Source: a virus (lineage: Duplodnaviria; Heunggongvirae; Uroviricota; Caudoviricetes). From it: 64,000 nt of DNA. The translations under genes were made by a program, and so were the position numbers. The notes beneath the pieces were generated by a model. That model was not told the DNA's origin and ran no database searches. It saw only the letters and a list, made by a program, of their open reading frames with translations. The stretch lies in IMG/VR virus record IMGVR_UViG_3300032030_000013. The stretch is one strand, 5' to 3'. This document shows, one piece after another, positions 20,093 through 29,029 of the stretch. Numbering within the stretch: the stretch's first letter is position 1; each line of letters opens with the position of its first letter.

Positions 20093-20616
20093 TCATTTAA
20101 CTTTTTAAGTATTATTGGTATCATTTTATCTACAGCATCTCTTGCTTCTACCTCAATATATGATAATTCGTATCTTTCGTATGTTTCTTTAATGATCTTA
20201 TCTAATTCTTTGGATTGTTTCAAATTATGAATCCTTCCATAATCTTCAAATTCAATATTTCCACGTTTAATAAAAAAATCTAAATTTTTAAACTTCTTAT
20301 ATTCACTTATAATAAGATCATCAAATTCTTTATTGTCTTCAACTTTGTATACAACATTATTTAGAAAAGATCCATCATGCACAATTACATCAACCTTTCC
20401 AATTTTAGTTGAAATATTATAATGTTCCATTCCAAATATTGCAATCTGATTACTTGGCATTGTTTTGTTTTCTTCATAAATTCTATCTTTAATATATTCA
20501 GAAACCAATTCACAATGAACACCCATTTTCTTAAGTCTTGCAAATAATTCAGCTGCAACGGTTGACTTGCCACTACAAGGACCACCAATTAAATTAATAA
20601 CCAATGTATCTGTCAT
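20089..20616 (-). CDS. P-loop nucleotide kinase (AAA_28/NadR-like)
   Basis: GGPCSGKST Walker A, VSEY, DG, and GR..N motifs. Confidence 0.75.
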   Translation of the reverse strand: MTDTLVINLIGGPCSGKSTVAAELFARLKKMGVHCELVSEYIKDRIYEENKTMPSNQIAIFGMEHYNISTKIGKVDVIVHDGSFLNNVVYKVEDNKEFDDLIISEYKKFKNLDFFIKRGNIEFEDYGRIHNLKQSKELDKIIKETYERYELSYIEVEARDAVDKMIPIILKKLNE

Positions 20617-20700
20617 TACATATAATTCTATATATTTGATATTTATATAAAATAGAACTTATATGCAAACAAATTTTACTATTATTACAATTTAATTTTT

Positions 20701-20793
20701 TCTTTACCCAATAAGAATTATTGTTTCTTTACCCAATAAGAATTATTGTTTCTTTACCCAATAAGAATTATTGTTTCTTTACCCAATAAGAAT
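20701..20793. repeat. 25-bp tandem repeat, 3 full copies plus an 18-nt partial
   Basis: Unit TCTTTACCCAATAAGAATTATTGTT at 20701, 20726, 20751 and partial at 20776. Confidence 0.95.
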
Positions 20794-21196
20794 AAACTGA
20801 ACTTTTAAGGCATTCATCAGACACATCATAAATCTTACCATCTTCAACAGTTACAAAATAATCAGCAAGATTTAATACATATGTATCATTCTGATTAATT
20901 GATTCTATGAATTCCTTAACCAATGGACGACTGCTTCCTTTCTTAGGTTTGCCCAAAGTTACAAATTCAAACTCATTATTCAAAAGCAAAGTATTTAAAG
21001 CAATTTTTGATGTTGGTATATCAAAAAGATTCTTACCAATTTCACACAACTTATCATAAGCATCAGCCCAAGAAATATTCAAAACCTTTGCGACTGACCT
21101 TATAGCAGAATCATCAACATACCAATTTTTTGGTTTACCTGACTTGAAAAACTTACAAGTAGGATTTGGATTAAAATATTCAAACATGTTAATCAA
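20768..21196 (-). CDS. Conserved phage protein (NP..DC.IRA family), catalytic residues apparently lost
   Basis: YFNPNP..DSAIRSVA..W.DAY..L..V.DG.IYD pattern. Confidence 0.55.
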   Translation of the reverse strand: MINMFEYFNPNPTCKFFKSGKPKNWYVDDSAIRSVAKVLNISWADAYDKLCEIGKNLFDIPTSKIALNTLLLNNEFEFVTLGKPKKGSSRPLVKEFIESINQNDTYVLNLADYFVTVEDGKIYDVSDECLKSSVYSYWVKKQ

Positions 21197-21235
21197 ATTT
21201 TAATTTAACTTTTCATTATTAGATTTTATATATTA

Positions 21236-21263
21236 TAAATAGTTAATATAATTAAAAATTCAA
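21236..21263 (-). promoter_or_regulatory. Putative phage promoter
   Basis: TTGAAT-N16-TATTTA. Confidence 0.5.
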
Positions 21264-21291
21264 TTATATATGAAATTATTTTTAAGAACTA

Positions 21292-21440
21292 TTCTTTTTC
21301 TTTTTGTGTCATAATTGTATATCAAGATAATTAACAAAATCTTCAATCCAAAATCTTTTATCTGTTTCATCTGGAAGATTTAATTCTAACCATTCTGCTG
21401 CTAATATAATCACAAGTTCTTTTTCTTTTTGTGTCATAAT
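21292..21440. repeat. 24-bp direct repeat (21292-21315 and 21417-21440)
   Basis: TTCTTTTTCTTTTTGTGTCATAAT occurs twice; it equals the start of a 42-aa ORF. Confidence 0.85.
21309..21437 (-). CDS. Small hypothetical protein (42 aa)
   Basis: Hand-translated MTQKEKELVIILAAEWLELNLPDETDKRFWIEDFVNYLDIQL. Confidence 0.5.
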   Translation of the reverse strand: MTQKEKELVIILAAEWLELNLPDETDKRFWIEDFVNYLDIQL

Positions 21441-21799
21441 CATATCATTTTAATTTCGTGTAACTTCTCAATCATAGCCACACAAGCATCAACAAGATTG
21501 TTCCCATTAAAGCATAATTCATCACGATAATTTCCTTCGTATCTTATTAAGTTGATGTCTAAATCAATTATCGGACGAAATCCTTCTATTGGTGGTAAAA
21601 TATCTAACAATGCTGCAAGACTCCAACAAGGAATAAGATGTTTGTATTTATCGTTCTTAATATTCTTTAAAGATACGTATTCATTGATAAAACTTGGAGT
21701 TCCATATCTATCATAATACATATTCGCACTTTCAAGTGGCAATACTTTTGCCAACTTCTTTGACTGAGGAATGTCTGTACATGATTTAATTGCTGCCAT
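21440..21799 (-). CDS. Hypothetical protein (Bacteroidota-phage type)
   Basis: TDI.QS..L..L..ESA.M..PCWSLAALL.ILP..AC..M pattern. Confidence 0.6.
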   Translation of the reverse strand: MAAIKSCTDIPQSKKLAKVLPLESANMYYDRYGTPSFINEYVSLKNIKNDKYKHLIPCWSLAALLDILPPIEGFRPIIDLDINLIRYEGNYRDELCFNGNNLVDACVAMIEKLHEIKMI

Positions 21800-22052
21800 A
21801 ATTCTATTCTTTTCTAATAATTATTTCAACTTTCATTGGTTCATTTTCCCATTTTATTTCTGGAAACATATCCTCTGGAAGATTCATCCAATATATTTTT
21901 TATAATACTTTGAATAATTCTTAATGATATCAATATAATCATGATAATTAAGTTCTGCCTCTACAAGAACATGACTCATATTCATGATCATATTATACTT
22001 TCCGCTCTTACGAAGATTCTCGTATCTAAGAAATTTCTCTTTTGTCATATAA

Positions 22053-22376
22053 TTACATATAAAGGTTATCTAAAGAATTATTGAAAATGTCATTATCTTT
22101 ATGATAGATTTTATGATCATAACAATTTCCTACAAATGACCCATATACTACATGTGAAACTCTAAACTGTAAAGTAATAGGATAGTAATCAGGTCTATTA
22201 TAATGCATAGTCCAATATAAGGCATTATCTTTAACAAAAAGATTTAAAATTTTACCTGTCTTACTGTTACGAATTCTACCTAAATTTGATACTTCATAAT
22301 TTCTATTTGTACAATTAATCCAGTATTCACTACAAAAATTTTCATAAAGAACTGGTTTCCAAATTTCTTTTTTCAT
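22053..22376 (-). mobile_element. Free-standing NUMOD4-HNH homing endonuclease
   Basis: EIWKPV..YEVSNLGRIRN (NUMOD4) plus H.V...F..H.D....NN..DNL (HNH_3). Confidence 0.8.
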
Positions 22377-22403
22377 TATTATTTGTTTTTAAATTATATA
22401 TAT

Positions 22404-22431
22404 AAAATAGATCATTAATAAAAAAATTCAA
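22404..22431 (-). promoter_or_regulatory. Putative phage promoter
   Basis: TTGAAT-N16-TATTTT. Confidence 0.6.
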
Positions 22432-22468
22432 ATATTATATAGTTTCTTTACAATAATTTAAAAATATA

Positions 22469-22497
22469 TTGTAAACAAAAATTAATTTAACTATATT
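22469..22497 (+). promoter_or_regulatory. Putative promoter, divergent partner
   Basis: TTGTAA-N17-TATATT. Confidence 0.5.
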
Positions 22498-22524
22498 TTA
22501 ATATATTTATATGATTTAAAATAT

Positions 22525-23436
22525 ATGATAGATTTTTCAAATTTAAACATTGATAAAAGTATTAAGAAAATAAGTATATCTAATGCATTGGATATGCTTT
22601 TTACACCATTTGATTCTGAAGGTGTTGCACAAAAAACATATGAAAAAAATTATGATAATCCACAATCCGAATATTATCATATGACAGCTGAACAGATTCG
22701 TGAAGCTTGGTCAGCAAAAGGTGCAACATCTACGCATTATGGATCATTACTTGATGATTATATTGGATGCATATTAACAGGCAATGAAAATGATTTAAGA
22801 TTATTCAAACTTGATAATGGATATGATTATGATGAACGTCTTAAAGCGCATTGCAATGCTTTCGATAATTTCTATTCAGTATTAAGTAAGTCTGGTGATA
22901 CCGAATTTATTGAAAGAGAAAAATATCTTTATCTTAAAGTTAAGAATCCAATAACAAAAGAAGATATGTATATGTATGGACGTTTTGATGCTTTATTTAG
23001 AAATAAACGTACTGGCAAATATATATTAATTGATTGGAAATCTTCTGGAACAATTGATAAAGTTCCTGATAAATGGACAAAGAAAATGTTAGGCCCGATG
23101 TTTAAGTATCCTCAATTAAATTGGTATCGTTATACATTACAATTATATTTCTATAAGCAAGCATTACTTAATTCTGGTTATCTACCTGAAGATACAAAAC
23201 CTGAAGATATAGTTGTAATGATTGTAAATTTGCCAGATCATATTATTCCTGAAATTAATATGAATTATCAAATACATCAAGGAGCAATGCCTTATGATGA
23301 AGTTATGATGAAAAATTTCTATAATTTTGCAATTCAGAAATTTATGATATTAGAATCTGAAAAGAAAAAAGAAGAACATGAAAAAACGGTTCATGAAACA
23401 CCACAAGAAGAAAATAATTTAGAAGATATGTTTTAA
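22525..23436 (+). CDS. PD-(D/E)xK exonuclease (RecB/Cas4-like)
   Basis: GRFDALF, LIDWKS and Y.LQL.FY motifs. Confidence 0.8.
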   Translation: MIDFSNLNIDKSIKKISISNALDMLFTPFDSEGVAQKTYEKNYDNPQSEYYHMTAEQIREAWSAKGATSTHYGSLLDDYIGCILTGNENDLRLFKLDNGYDYDERLKAHCNAFDNFYSVLSKSGDTEFIEREKYLYLKVKNPITKEDMYMYGRFDALFRNKRTGKYILIDWKSSGTIDKVPDKWTKKMLGPMFKYPQLNWYRYTLQLYFYKQALLNSGYLPEDTKPEDIVVMIVNLPDHIIPEINMNYQIHQGAMPYDEVMMKNFYNFAIQKFMILESEKKKEEHEKTVHETPQEENNLEDMF

Positions 23437-23456
23437 TTAAATATTTAAATACGATT

Positions 23457-23657
23457 ATGATATTTCCAAAGATTAATAACATTTATGAATATGATGGACA
23501 AAGAGTTCATATTTGGCAACAAGATTTATTTAGAAAAGTTTATTTAAAGACGATTCCTGAGCAACGCGGATCATATTTCAGAACTGAAAATTGGTGGAAG
23601 TTTATGTTTACAGCTAAGTTTATAGATCAAATTAAAAAATTATCATCTGCATATTAA
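23457..23657 (+). CDS. Hypothetical protein
   Basis: 66-aa ORF. Confidence 0.5.
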   Translation: MIFPKINNIYEYDGQRVHIWQQDLFRKVYLKTIPEQRGSYFRTENWWKFMFTAKFIDQIKKLSSAY

Positions 23658-23860
23658 TGTTAAATCCTTTTAGAAGAATAAAGAATAATTCAAGATATAC
23701 ATATAAAGGAAGAACTATAATAGTAGAAAACACTACTAAAGATAGTATTACATATTATGATCTTTTGGACTGGTGGGAATATCAGCCTATCATTCCAAGA
23801 TACTGTGTTATGAAAAAATGGGACTTCATAAAAAATGTAAAAAGATATAAATTTAAATAA
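23657..23860 (+). CDS. Hypothetical protein
   Basis: 67-aa ORF, TAATG-coupled. Confidence 0.5.
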   Translation: MLNPFRRIKNNSRYTYKGRTIIVENTTKDSITYYDLLDWWEYQPIIPRYCVMKKWDFIKNVKRYKFK

Positions 23861-24846
23861 TGATAATGCGAATGATACAAATAAATGAATCAAATATTAA
23901 TGATATAAATGATTCATTATTAACACATATTGCAATTGATTATATATTAGAATCTCATCAATATGAATTATTTGAAAAATATGGAGTATATGATGGATGC
24001 AAGGAATTAGTAGATTATATAATTAAAAAGGCAAAATCAAAATTTAAACAAGGATATGTTTTAATTAAGTTAGATATATTAGGAAAAGATTTTAATAATT
24101 TTAATAATGTATTTTTTGAAAAACTTATAATAAATATTAAAATTTCTAATAATGTAAGTAATGGTGGTTATATAAGTGATAAAAACAAGAAATTAAATAA
24201 GAACAATAAATTTGATGATATTGAAATTCATTATGATATAAATAAGAATAAATTTGAAAGTGATTTACGATCATTATTATATCATGAATTAACACATATA
24301 TATCAAAATTATTGTATGCTTTTAACTAATAAAAGTTTTTATGATTTATTAGATAATCAACATTATGATAAATTTATTAAAGGTAAAATGTCATTTGATA
24401 ATGTTAAACGAGTGTTAAGTGATGTTTTATATCATATAAATAAGGTTGAACAAAATGCCTATATTTCAGAATTACAATCTGAATTAGAAAATAATAAAGA
24501 TAAAATTCATGGTCCACAAGAAGCATTAAATATTGTTAAGAATTCTATATCATATAAGAATATAATGCAATCAAAAGAAATATTATATGGATTAACTGAT
24601 AATTCATATTCTGAAGATTTACAAAATAAAATATATGATGTATATAGAGAACTTAATGAATGTGATTGGACAAATAACAAAATAAAGAAAAAACTTATTA
24701 ATCAAATTGATAAATATATTTCTAAAGTGGAAAAAATAATACCTAAGATGTGTTTACATTTTTTAGAAAATAATATAATAGAGATTGTAGAAGATCATCA
24801 TAGGAAAATAATTAATTTTAAAGATTATTTGAAAACTAAAATATAA
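23860..24846 (+). CDS. HExxH zincin-like protein (paralogue of 27243..28238)
   Basis: LYHELTHIY plus downstream E.NAY; shared G(V/I)(Y/F)(D/N)GCKE and DVYRELN. Confidence 0.6.
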   Translation: MIMRMIQINESNINDINDSLLTHIAIDYILESHQYELFEKYGVYDGCKELVDYIIKKAKSKFKQGYVLIKLDILGKDFNNFNNVFFEKLIINIKISNNVSNGGYISDKNKKLNKNNKFDDIEIHYDINKNKFESDLRSLLYHELTHIYQNYCMLLTNKSFYDLLDNQHYDKFIKGKMSFDNVKRVLSDVLYHINKVEQNAYISELQSELENNKDKIHGPQEALNIVKNSISYKNIMQSKEILYGLTDNSYSEDLQNKIYDVYRELNECDWTNNKIKKKLINQIDKYISKVEKIIPKMCLHFLENNIIEIVEDHHRKIINFKDYLKTKI

Positions 24847-24860
24847 GCGAATTAATAAAT

Positions 24861-25994
24861 ATGAATATAATCAAACCAAAATACGAAATATTAGAACAAC
24901 AATATAATAAAGAAACATTACTTGAAGATATGTTCAAACATATTGAAATATGTGGTCGTACTTGTTATAAATCTGAAGATAAGATAACAGATACATCATA
25001 TCAGAAATTTGTTAAGATGCTTGAAGATGCAAATCATGGAGCAATGCTTGAACATGGAACAGTGTATTTGACAATACCGTTAGGTACACCAGTTGATGAT
25101 CCTCAATATATGTGGAAACAGGATATTGTAATTTTCTTTCAAAATAACAAGTATTCTGTTGTAAAAGAAAAAATGATTAATGAAACAGTTGATGTTGAAA
25201 TTAAAGGCTACGGAATGCAAACACAAGCATCTGCACATTTTTATTATATTACTACAAATTGGAGAGTAATATTTGAAAATAAAGATTTTAATATTATAAA
25301 AGATATTTGGTATTATAAGATTGACAAAGAATCATTAAAAGATTCTGTTCTTCAATGGATGACTGAACCAACAAAAGAACATGAAAAAAGATATACAGTA
25401 AGATTTACATATCATCTTGCAGTGGCACGAGATATTAATAGACATAGAGTTCAATCTGTTGGAGAAGAATCAACAAGATATTGTAATTATTCAAAAGAAA
25501 AGTATGGTAAAGAATTAAATATAATTGAACCCGTTTGGTTTACTGATGATGAAAAAGAAATAATTTATAGTAAAAAAGATCATATGTCACTTAAAGATAT
25601 GTGTGAATTAGTTGCAAGAGGAACTGATTATCCTGCAATGGAACAGGTTGATTATTGGTTATTTGCAAATATGGTATGTGAATATGCTTATATGATGAAT
25701 ACTAATAAATTTGGAAAAAAGAATTGGACTGCACAGAAAGCTTCTTTAATGTTGCCTCTTGATACAAAAACAACTTCTGTTCATACAGCATTTGCATCTG
25801 ATTGGTGTCATTTCTTTAATTTAAGAGCTTTAGGAACAACTGGTGCACCAAGACCATCAGCAAAAGAAGTTGCATGGCCATTAATGGAAGAGTTCTTGAA
25901 GAATAATTATATTTCAGAAGATCAAATTAATATTAATAAATATCATGAAATTAAAAACAAATATCCAAATATAGAAGATTACATTAAATTATAA
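24861..25994 (+). CDS. thyX: FAD-dependent thymidylate synthase
   Basis: GR.CYKSE, H.AMLEH, and ThyX motif RHR..S..EESTRYCNY. Confidence 0.9.
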   Translation: MNIIKPKYEILEQQYNKETLLEDMFKHIEICGRTCYKSEDKITDTSYQKFVKMLEDANHGAMLEHGTVYLTIPLGTPVDDPQYMWKQDIVIFFQNNKYSVVKEKMINETVDVEIKGYGMQTQASAHFYYITTNWRVIFENKDFNIIKDIWYYKIDKESLKDSVLQWMTEPTKEHEKRYTVRFTYHLAVARDINRHRVQSVGEESTRYCNYSKEKYGKELNIIEPVWFTDDEKEIIYSKKDHMSLKDMCELVARGTDYPAMEQVDYWLFANMVCEYAYMMNTNKFGKKNWTAQKASLMLPLDTKTTSVHTAFASDWCHFFNLRALGTTGAPRPSAKEVAWPLMEEFLKNNYISEDQININKYHEIKNKYPNIEDYIKL

Positions 25995-26021
25995 ATTATT
26001 AAATTATTAATAAATTATAAA

Positions 26022-26315
26022 ATGGCTTGGTTTGAAATACAAGGTAATGAAATTTGGTCATCAGATTATATACCTGCAAGTATGGGTGGAGAACATCATC
26101 TTTATGGAATAAAACTAGGTGGTAGATGGTGTTTAGATTATTGGTTTAAATTAATGTTTAAATTATCTGATGATGACTGGGAAAATAGATGTTGTCATAT
26201 GATTAGCAATGAAGATTTTTATGATCTTTGTGAATGGTTAGGTATATATTATATGAAAAATAATAATATATATCGTAAAGGAGAAAAATATGATAAGAAA
26301 GGAAATAAATTATGA
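26022..26315 (+). CDS. Hypothetical protein
   Basis: 97-aa ORF. Confidence 0.55.
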   Translation: MAWFEIQGNEIWSSDYIPASMGGEHHLYGIKLGGRWCLDYWFKLMFKLSDDDWENRCCHMISNEDFYDLCEWLGIYYMKNNNIYRKGEKYDKKGNKL

Positions 26316-26626
26316 TACTCAATTTAGATAAAATAAAATGGAGAAACTTTAAGATATGGTTTCTTGACCAAGTTAAACGAAGAAGAGTTATAACGAATTT
26401 TTTTATAACTCGTAATGCATGGGGTGCATTTTCATTGAACTCTCATATTAACCAGCATACAGGAAAACCAAAAGTGATGTATAATACTGTTGAGACTGCA
26501 AAAAAGTCTGCAGAAAAAATGGGAGAAAAACATAATACACATTTCTCATATTATAAATGTTTATTTTGTGATGGTTATCATATAGGAAAAAACAGAGACA
26601 ATAAAACTGATTACGATAAAAAATAA
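26312..26626 (+). CDS. Hypothetical protein with C-terminal Zn-binding motif
   Basis: K..Y.T...A..A ... YKC.FC.GYH pattern common in phages. Confidence 0.6.
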   Translation: MILNLDKIKWRNFKIWFLDQVKRRRVITNFFITRNAWGAFSLNSHINQHTGKPKVMYNTVETAKKSAEKMGEKHNTHFSYYKCLFCDGYHIGKNRDNKTDYDKK

Positions 26627-26643
26627 ATATATAAAACATATAG

Positions 26644-27246
26644 ATGGCAGATTTTACAATAAAGACATTTAATGAAAAGATACATAACATTTATTTAAAT
26701 GGTGATATAGATGAAACAATGTGGCAAAAGTTAGTAGATAATATTAATGAAATTAGAAGTGAAGATAATGATATTATAGATCAAAATATTGCGTCATTAG
26801 CATCAATAGGATTATCTGTAACAATAGCTCGTCCTATTATTAATATTTATTTATCTACTTTCGGTGGATATATTCATGAAATGTTTGCTATATATGATGA
26901 GATAAAAACATTAAATAAAGATTATGTTGTAAATATATTCTGTGTTGGTAAAATTATGAGTGCTGGCACTATTATAATGTTAGCAGTTGATAATGAACAT
27001 AGATATGCTTATCCAAATACAACATTTATGTATCATACATTAGCTGGTGGGGTTTATGGTAAAATGAAAGATGTAGAAGAAAATACTGAAGAACTTAAAC
27101 GTCTACATAAATTAATGTGGAATATATATAAAGAAAATACAGATATTCCTGTTGATAAATTAGATGAAATATATAAATGTAAAAAGGATTGGTATATAAC
27201 ATCTGACCAAGCAAAGAAATATAAAATTATATCTAAAATTGTGTGA
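26644..27246 (+). CDS. clpP: ClpP-family protease
   Basis: IYL.G.I, I..YLST.GG, catalytic MSAG and FMYH motifs. Confidence 0.85.
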   Translation: MADFTIKTFNEKIHNIYLNGDIDETMWQKLVDNINEIRSEDNDIIDQNIASLASIGLSVTIARPIINIYLSTFGGYIHEMFAIYDEIKTLNKDYVVNIFCVGKIMSAGTIIMLAVDNEHRYAYPNTTFMYHTLAGGVYGKMKDVEENTEELKRLHKLMWNIYKENTDIPVDKLDEIYKCKKDWYITSDQAKKYKIISKIV

Positions 27247-28238
27247 AAAAAATAAAAGAATATTTATCTGAACAAAATTATAATTTTGATTATATTGATA
27301 ATTTAATTATAACAGAATGCAATATTGAAAGATATAAATATTCTCCCATATTAATATATGGAAATTTATTGGAATCATTAGGAATATTTAATGGATGTAA
27401 AGAAGCAACAAAATATGTTTTTGATTATTTAAAAGAACATTTGGGAGATGATAATATGATTATTAGTATTCCTGATAATATACAAAATAAGTTTTTTGAT
27501 AAATGTTATTTACATATTAAATATAATGATAAATATAAAGAAGGTGCAGGTAGTTATATAACATCAGATGGCCATGATGATTATAATGAAATAAGATATG
27601 ATATTAATAGTAAAAAATTTGATTTTATAGAAATTAATTTATATTTTGATAAAAATAATGTAAATAATATATATTCTATTATTATGCATGAGTTAATACA
27701 TGCTTATGATGATTATATTCATATTAAAAAATCAGGATTTGATTATTCTTTATTTAATAGAGCAGATAAACAAAATGCAAAGATAATAAGTAATCATGAA
27801 GAAAATGAAGATCTTATAAAACATTATTGTAAAGATATAATATATCATTTATTTAAAGATGAACAAATAGCATATATAGGACAATTAAATGGTGAATTAA
27901 AAAGTAAAAAATATAAAAATATAAAAGATGCAATAAAAGATATATCTGAAACATCAATATATTTTAACTATAAAACTATTTATGCAAATTATCATAATAT
28001 AATAAAATCAAAAAAATATAAAGAACAATTTTGTGATGTATATAGAGAATTAAATAATAATAAGAAATCTAATGAATCTATTATTAAAGAATTAAATAAT
28101 AAATTTAGTAAGTTTTGGACAAAATTTATTAATCATATATATCATATTGCAGAAGATCACATAATTAAAGAAGCATATATGACAAAAGATTCAAATAAAA
28201 AAATTAAAGTATTTGAAAATAATGAAAACACTAACTGA
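27243..28238 (+). CDS. HExxH zincin-like protein with CTS-like leader
   Basis: Starts MKKIKEYLSE; IMHELIHAY plus E.IAY. Confidence 0.6.
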   Translation: MKKIKEYLSEQNYNFDYIDNLIITECNIERYKYSPILIYGNLLESLGIFNGCKEATKYVFDYLKEHLGDDNMIISIPDNIQNKFFDKCYLHIKYNDKYKEGAGSYITSDGHDDYNEIRYDINSKKFDFIEINLYFDKNNVNNIYSIIMHELIHAYDDYIHIKKSGFDYSLFNRADKQNAKIISNHEENEDLIKHYCKDIIYHLFKDEQIAYIGQLNGELKSKKYKNIKDAIKDISETSIYFNYKTIYANYHNIIKSKKYKEQFCDVYRELNNNKKSNESIIKELNNKFSKFWTKFINHIYHIAEDHIIKEAYMTKDSNKKIKVFENNENTN

Positions 28239-28854
28239 AGAAGATATTAAAAAGGAATTAAGACGTAAATATCAAAATAAAGAATTCAAATTTGATAAAC
28301 GAACTAATCAAAAATTTATTGAAATAGTTAATGCTCATTTTGATTCCGTAACAGGATATATTGTTTATCATGATCACCATGTTACTGATGAACAATGGTA
28401 TGTTGATAATTATGAGCCATTATTAGGAGATCAAATTGATAAAGTTGTAGAATCAATTAAAGAAGATCCTGATACAAGACAAGCATATATTGGAATGTTA
28501 TGCCCAGATAAATATCATAATGGTGATAAGATATGTACAATAGGAATGCAGTTCATATATAACAAAGATAATAAACGATTAGACGATATTGTTTATATGA
28601 GGTCTAATAATGTTTGTGAATATTCAATGGATTCATTATGGCAAATAAAGATATTTACACAAATTGTTAATAGACTTATAACTGAATTAGATAAAGAAAT
28701 ATATCCAGGTCATTTATATTGGAATGTAGGATCTTTACATTTATATGAAGAAGATTTTAAGTTCTTATCAGATAAAACAAAGATAGCAGATGAAATTAAA
28801 TATACTTTAAGTATTAGTAGAAGATTAGGTAAAAATATTAAAGATTGGAAATGA
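28213..28854 (+). CDS. Thymidylate-synthase-fold enzyme, dCMP hydroxymethylase-like
   Basis: DPDTRQA, catalytic ICT..MQF, YMRSN..D.LW, and GSLHLYE motifs. Confidence 0.75.
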   Translation: MKIMKTLTEEDIKKELRRKYQNKEFKFDKRTNQKFIEIVNAHFDSVTGYIVYHDHHVTDEQWYVDNYEPLLGDQIDKVVESIKEDPDTRQAYIGMLCPDKYHNGDKICTIGMQFIYNKDNKRLDDIVYMRSNNVCEYSMDSLWQIKIFTQIVNRLITELDKEIYPGHLYWNVGSLHLYEEDFKFLSDKTKIADEIKYTLSISRRLGKNIKDWK

Positions 28855-29027
28855 CAGATAAAGTATTACAAACATATATGAATGGTATGCTTGTTGCTTG
28901 TAAAGAAAAAAATCCAAATTTTAAAGCAATAATAGCAACAGCAGTTCAATTAGGTATGCAATATCAAGAAGAAAAAATAAAAGAAGGTATTGAAATTGTT
29001 TTTAATGAATTACATAAAAAAGAATAA
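28845..29027 (+). CDS. Hypothetical protein
   Basis: 60-aa ORF. Confidence 0.5.
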   Translation: MEMTDKVLQTYMNGMLVACKEKNPNFKAIIATAVQLGMQYQEEKIKEGIEIVFNELHKKE

Positions 29028-29029
29028 TT

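Noticed and set aside
20701-20793. CRISPR mini-array
   Set aside because: The repeats are directly adjacent with no spacers and copy a gene end.
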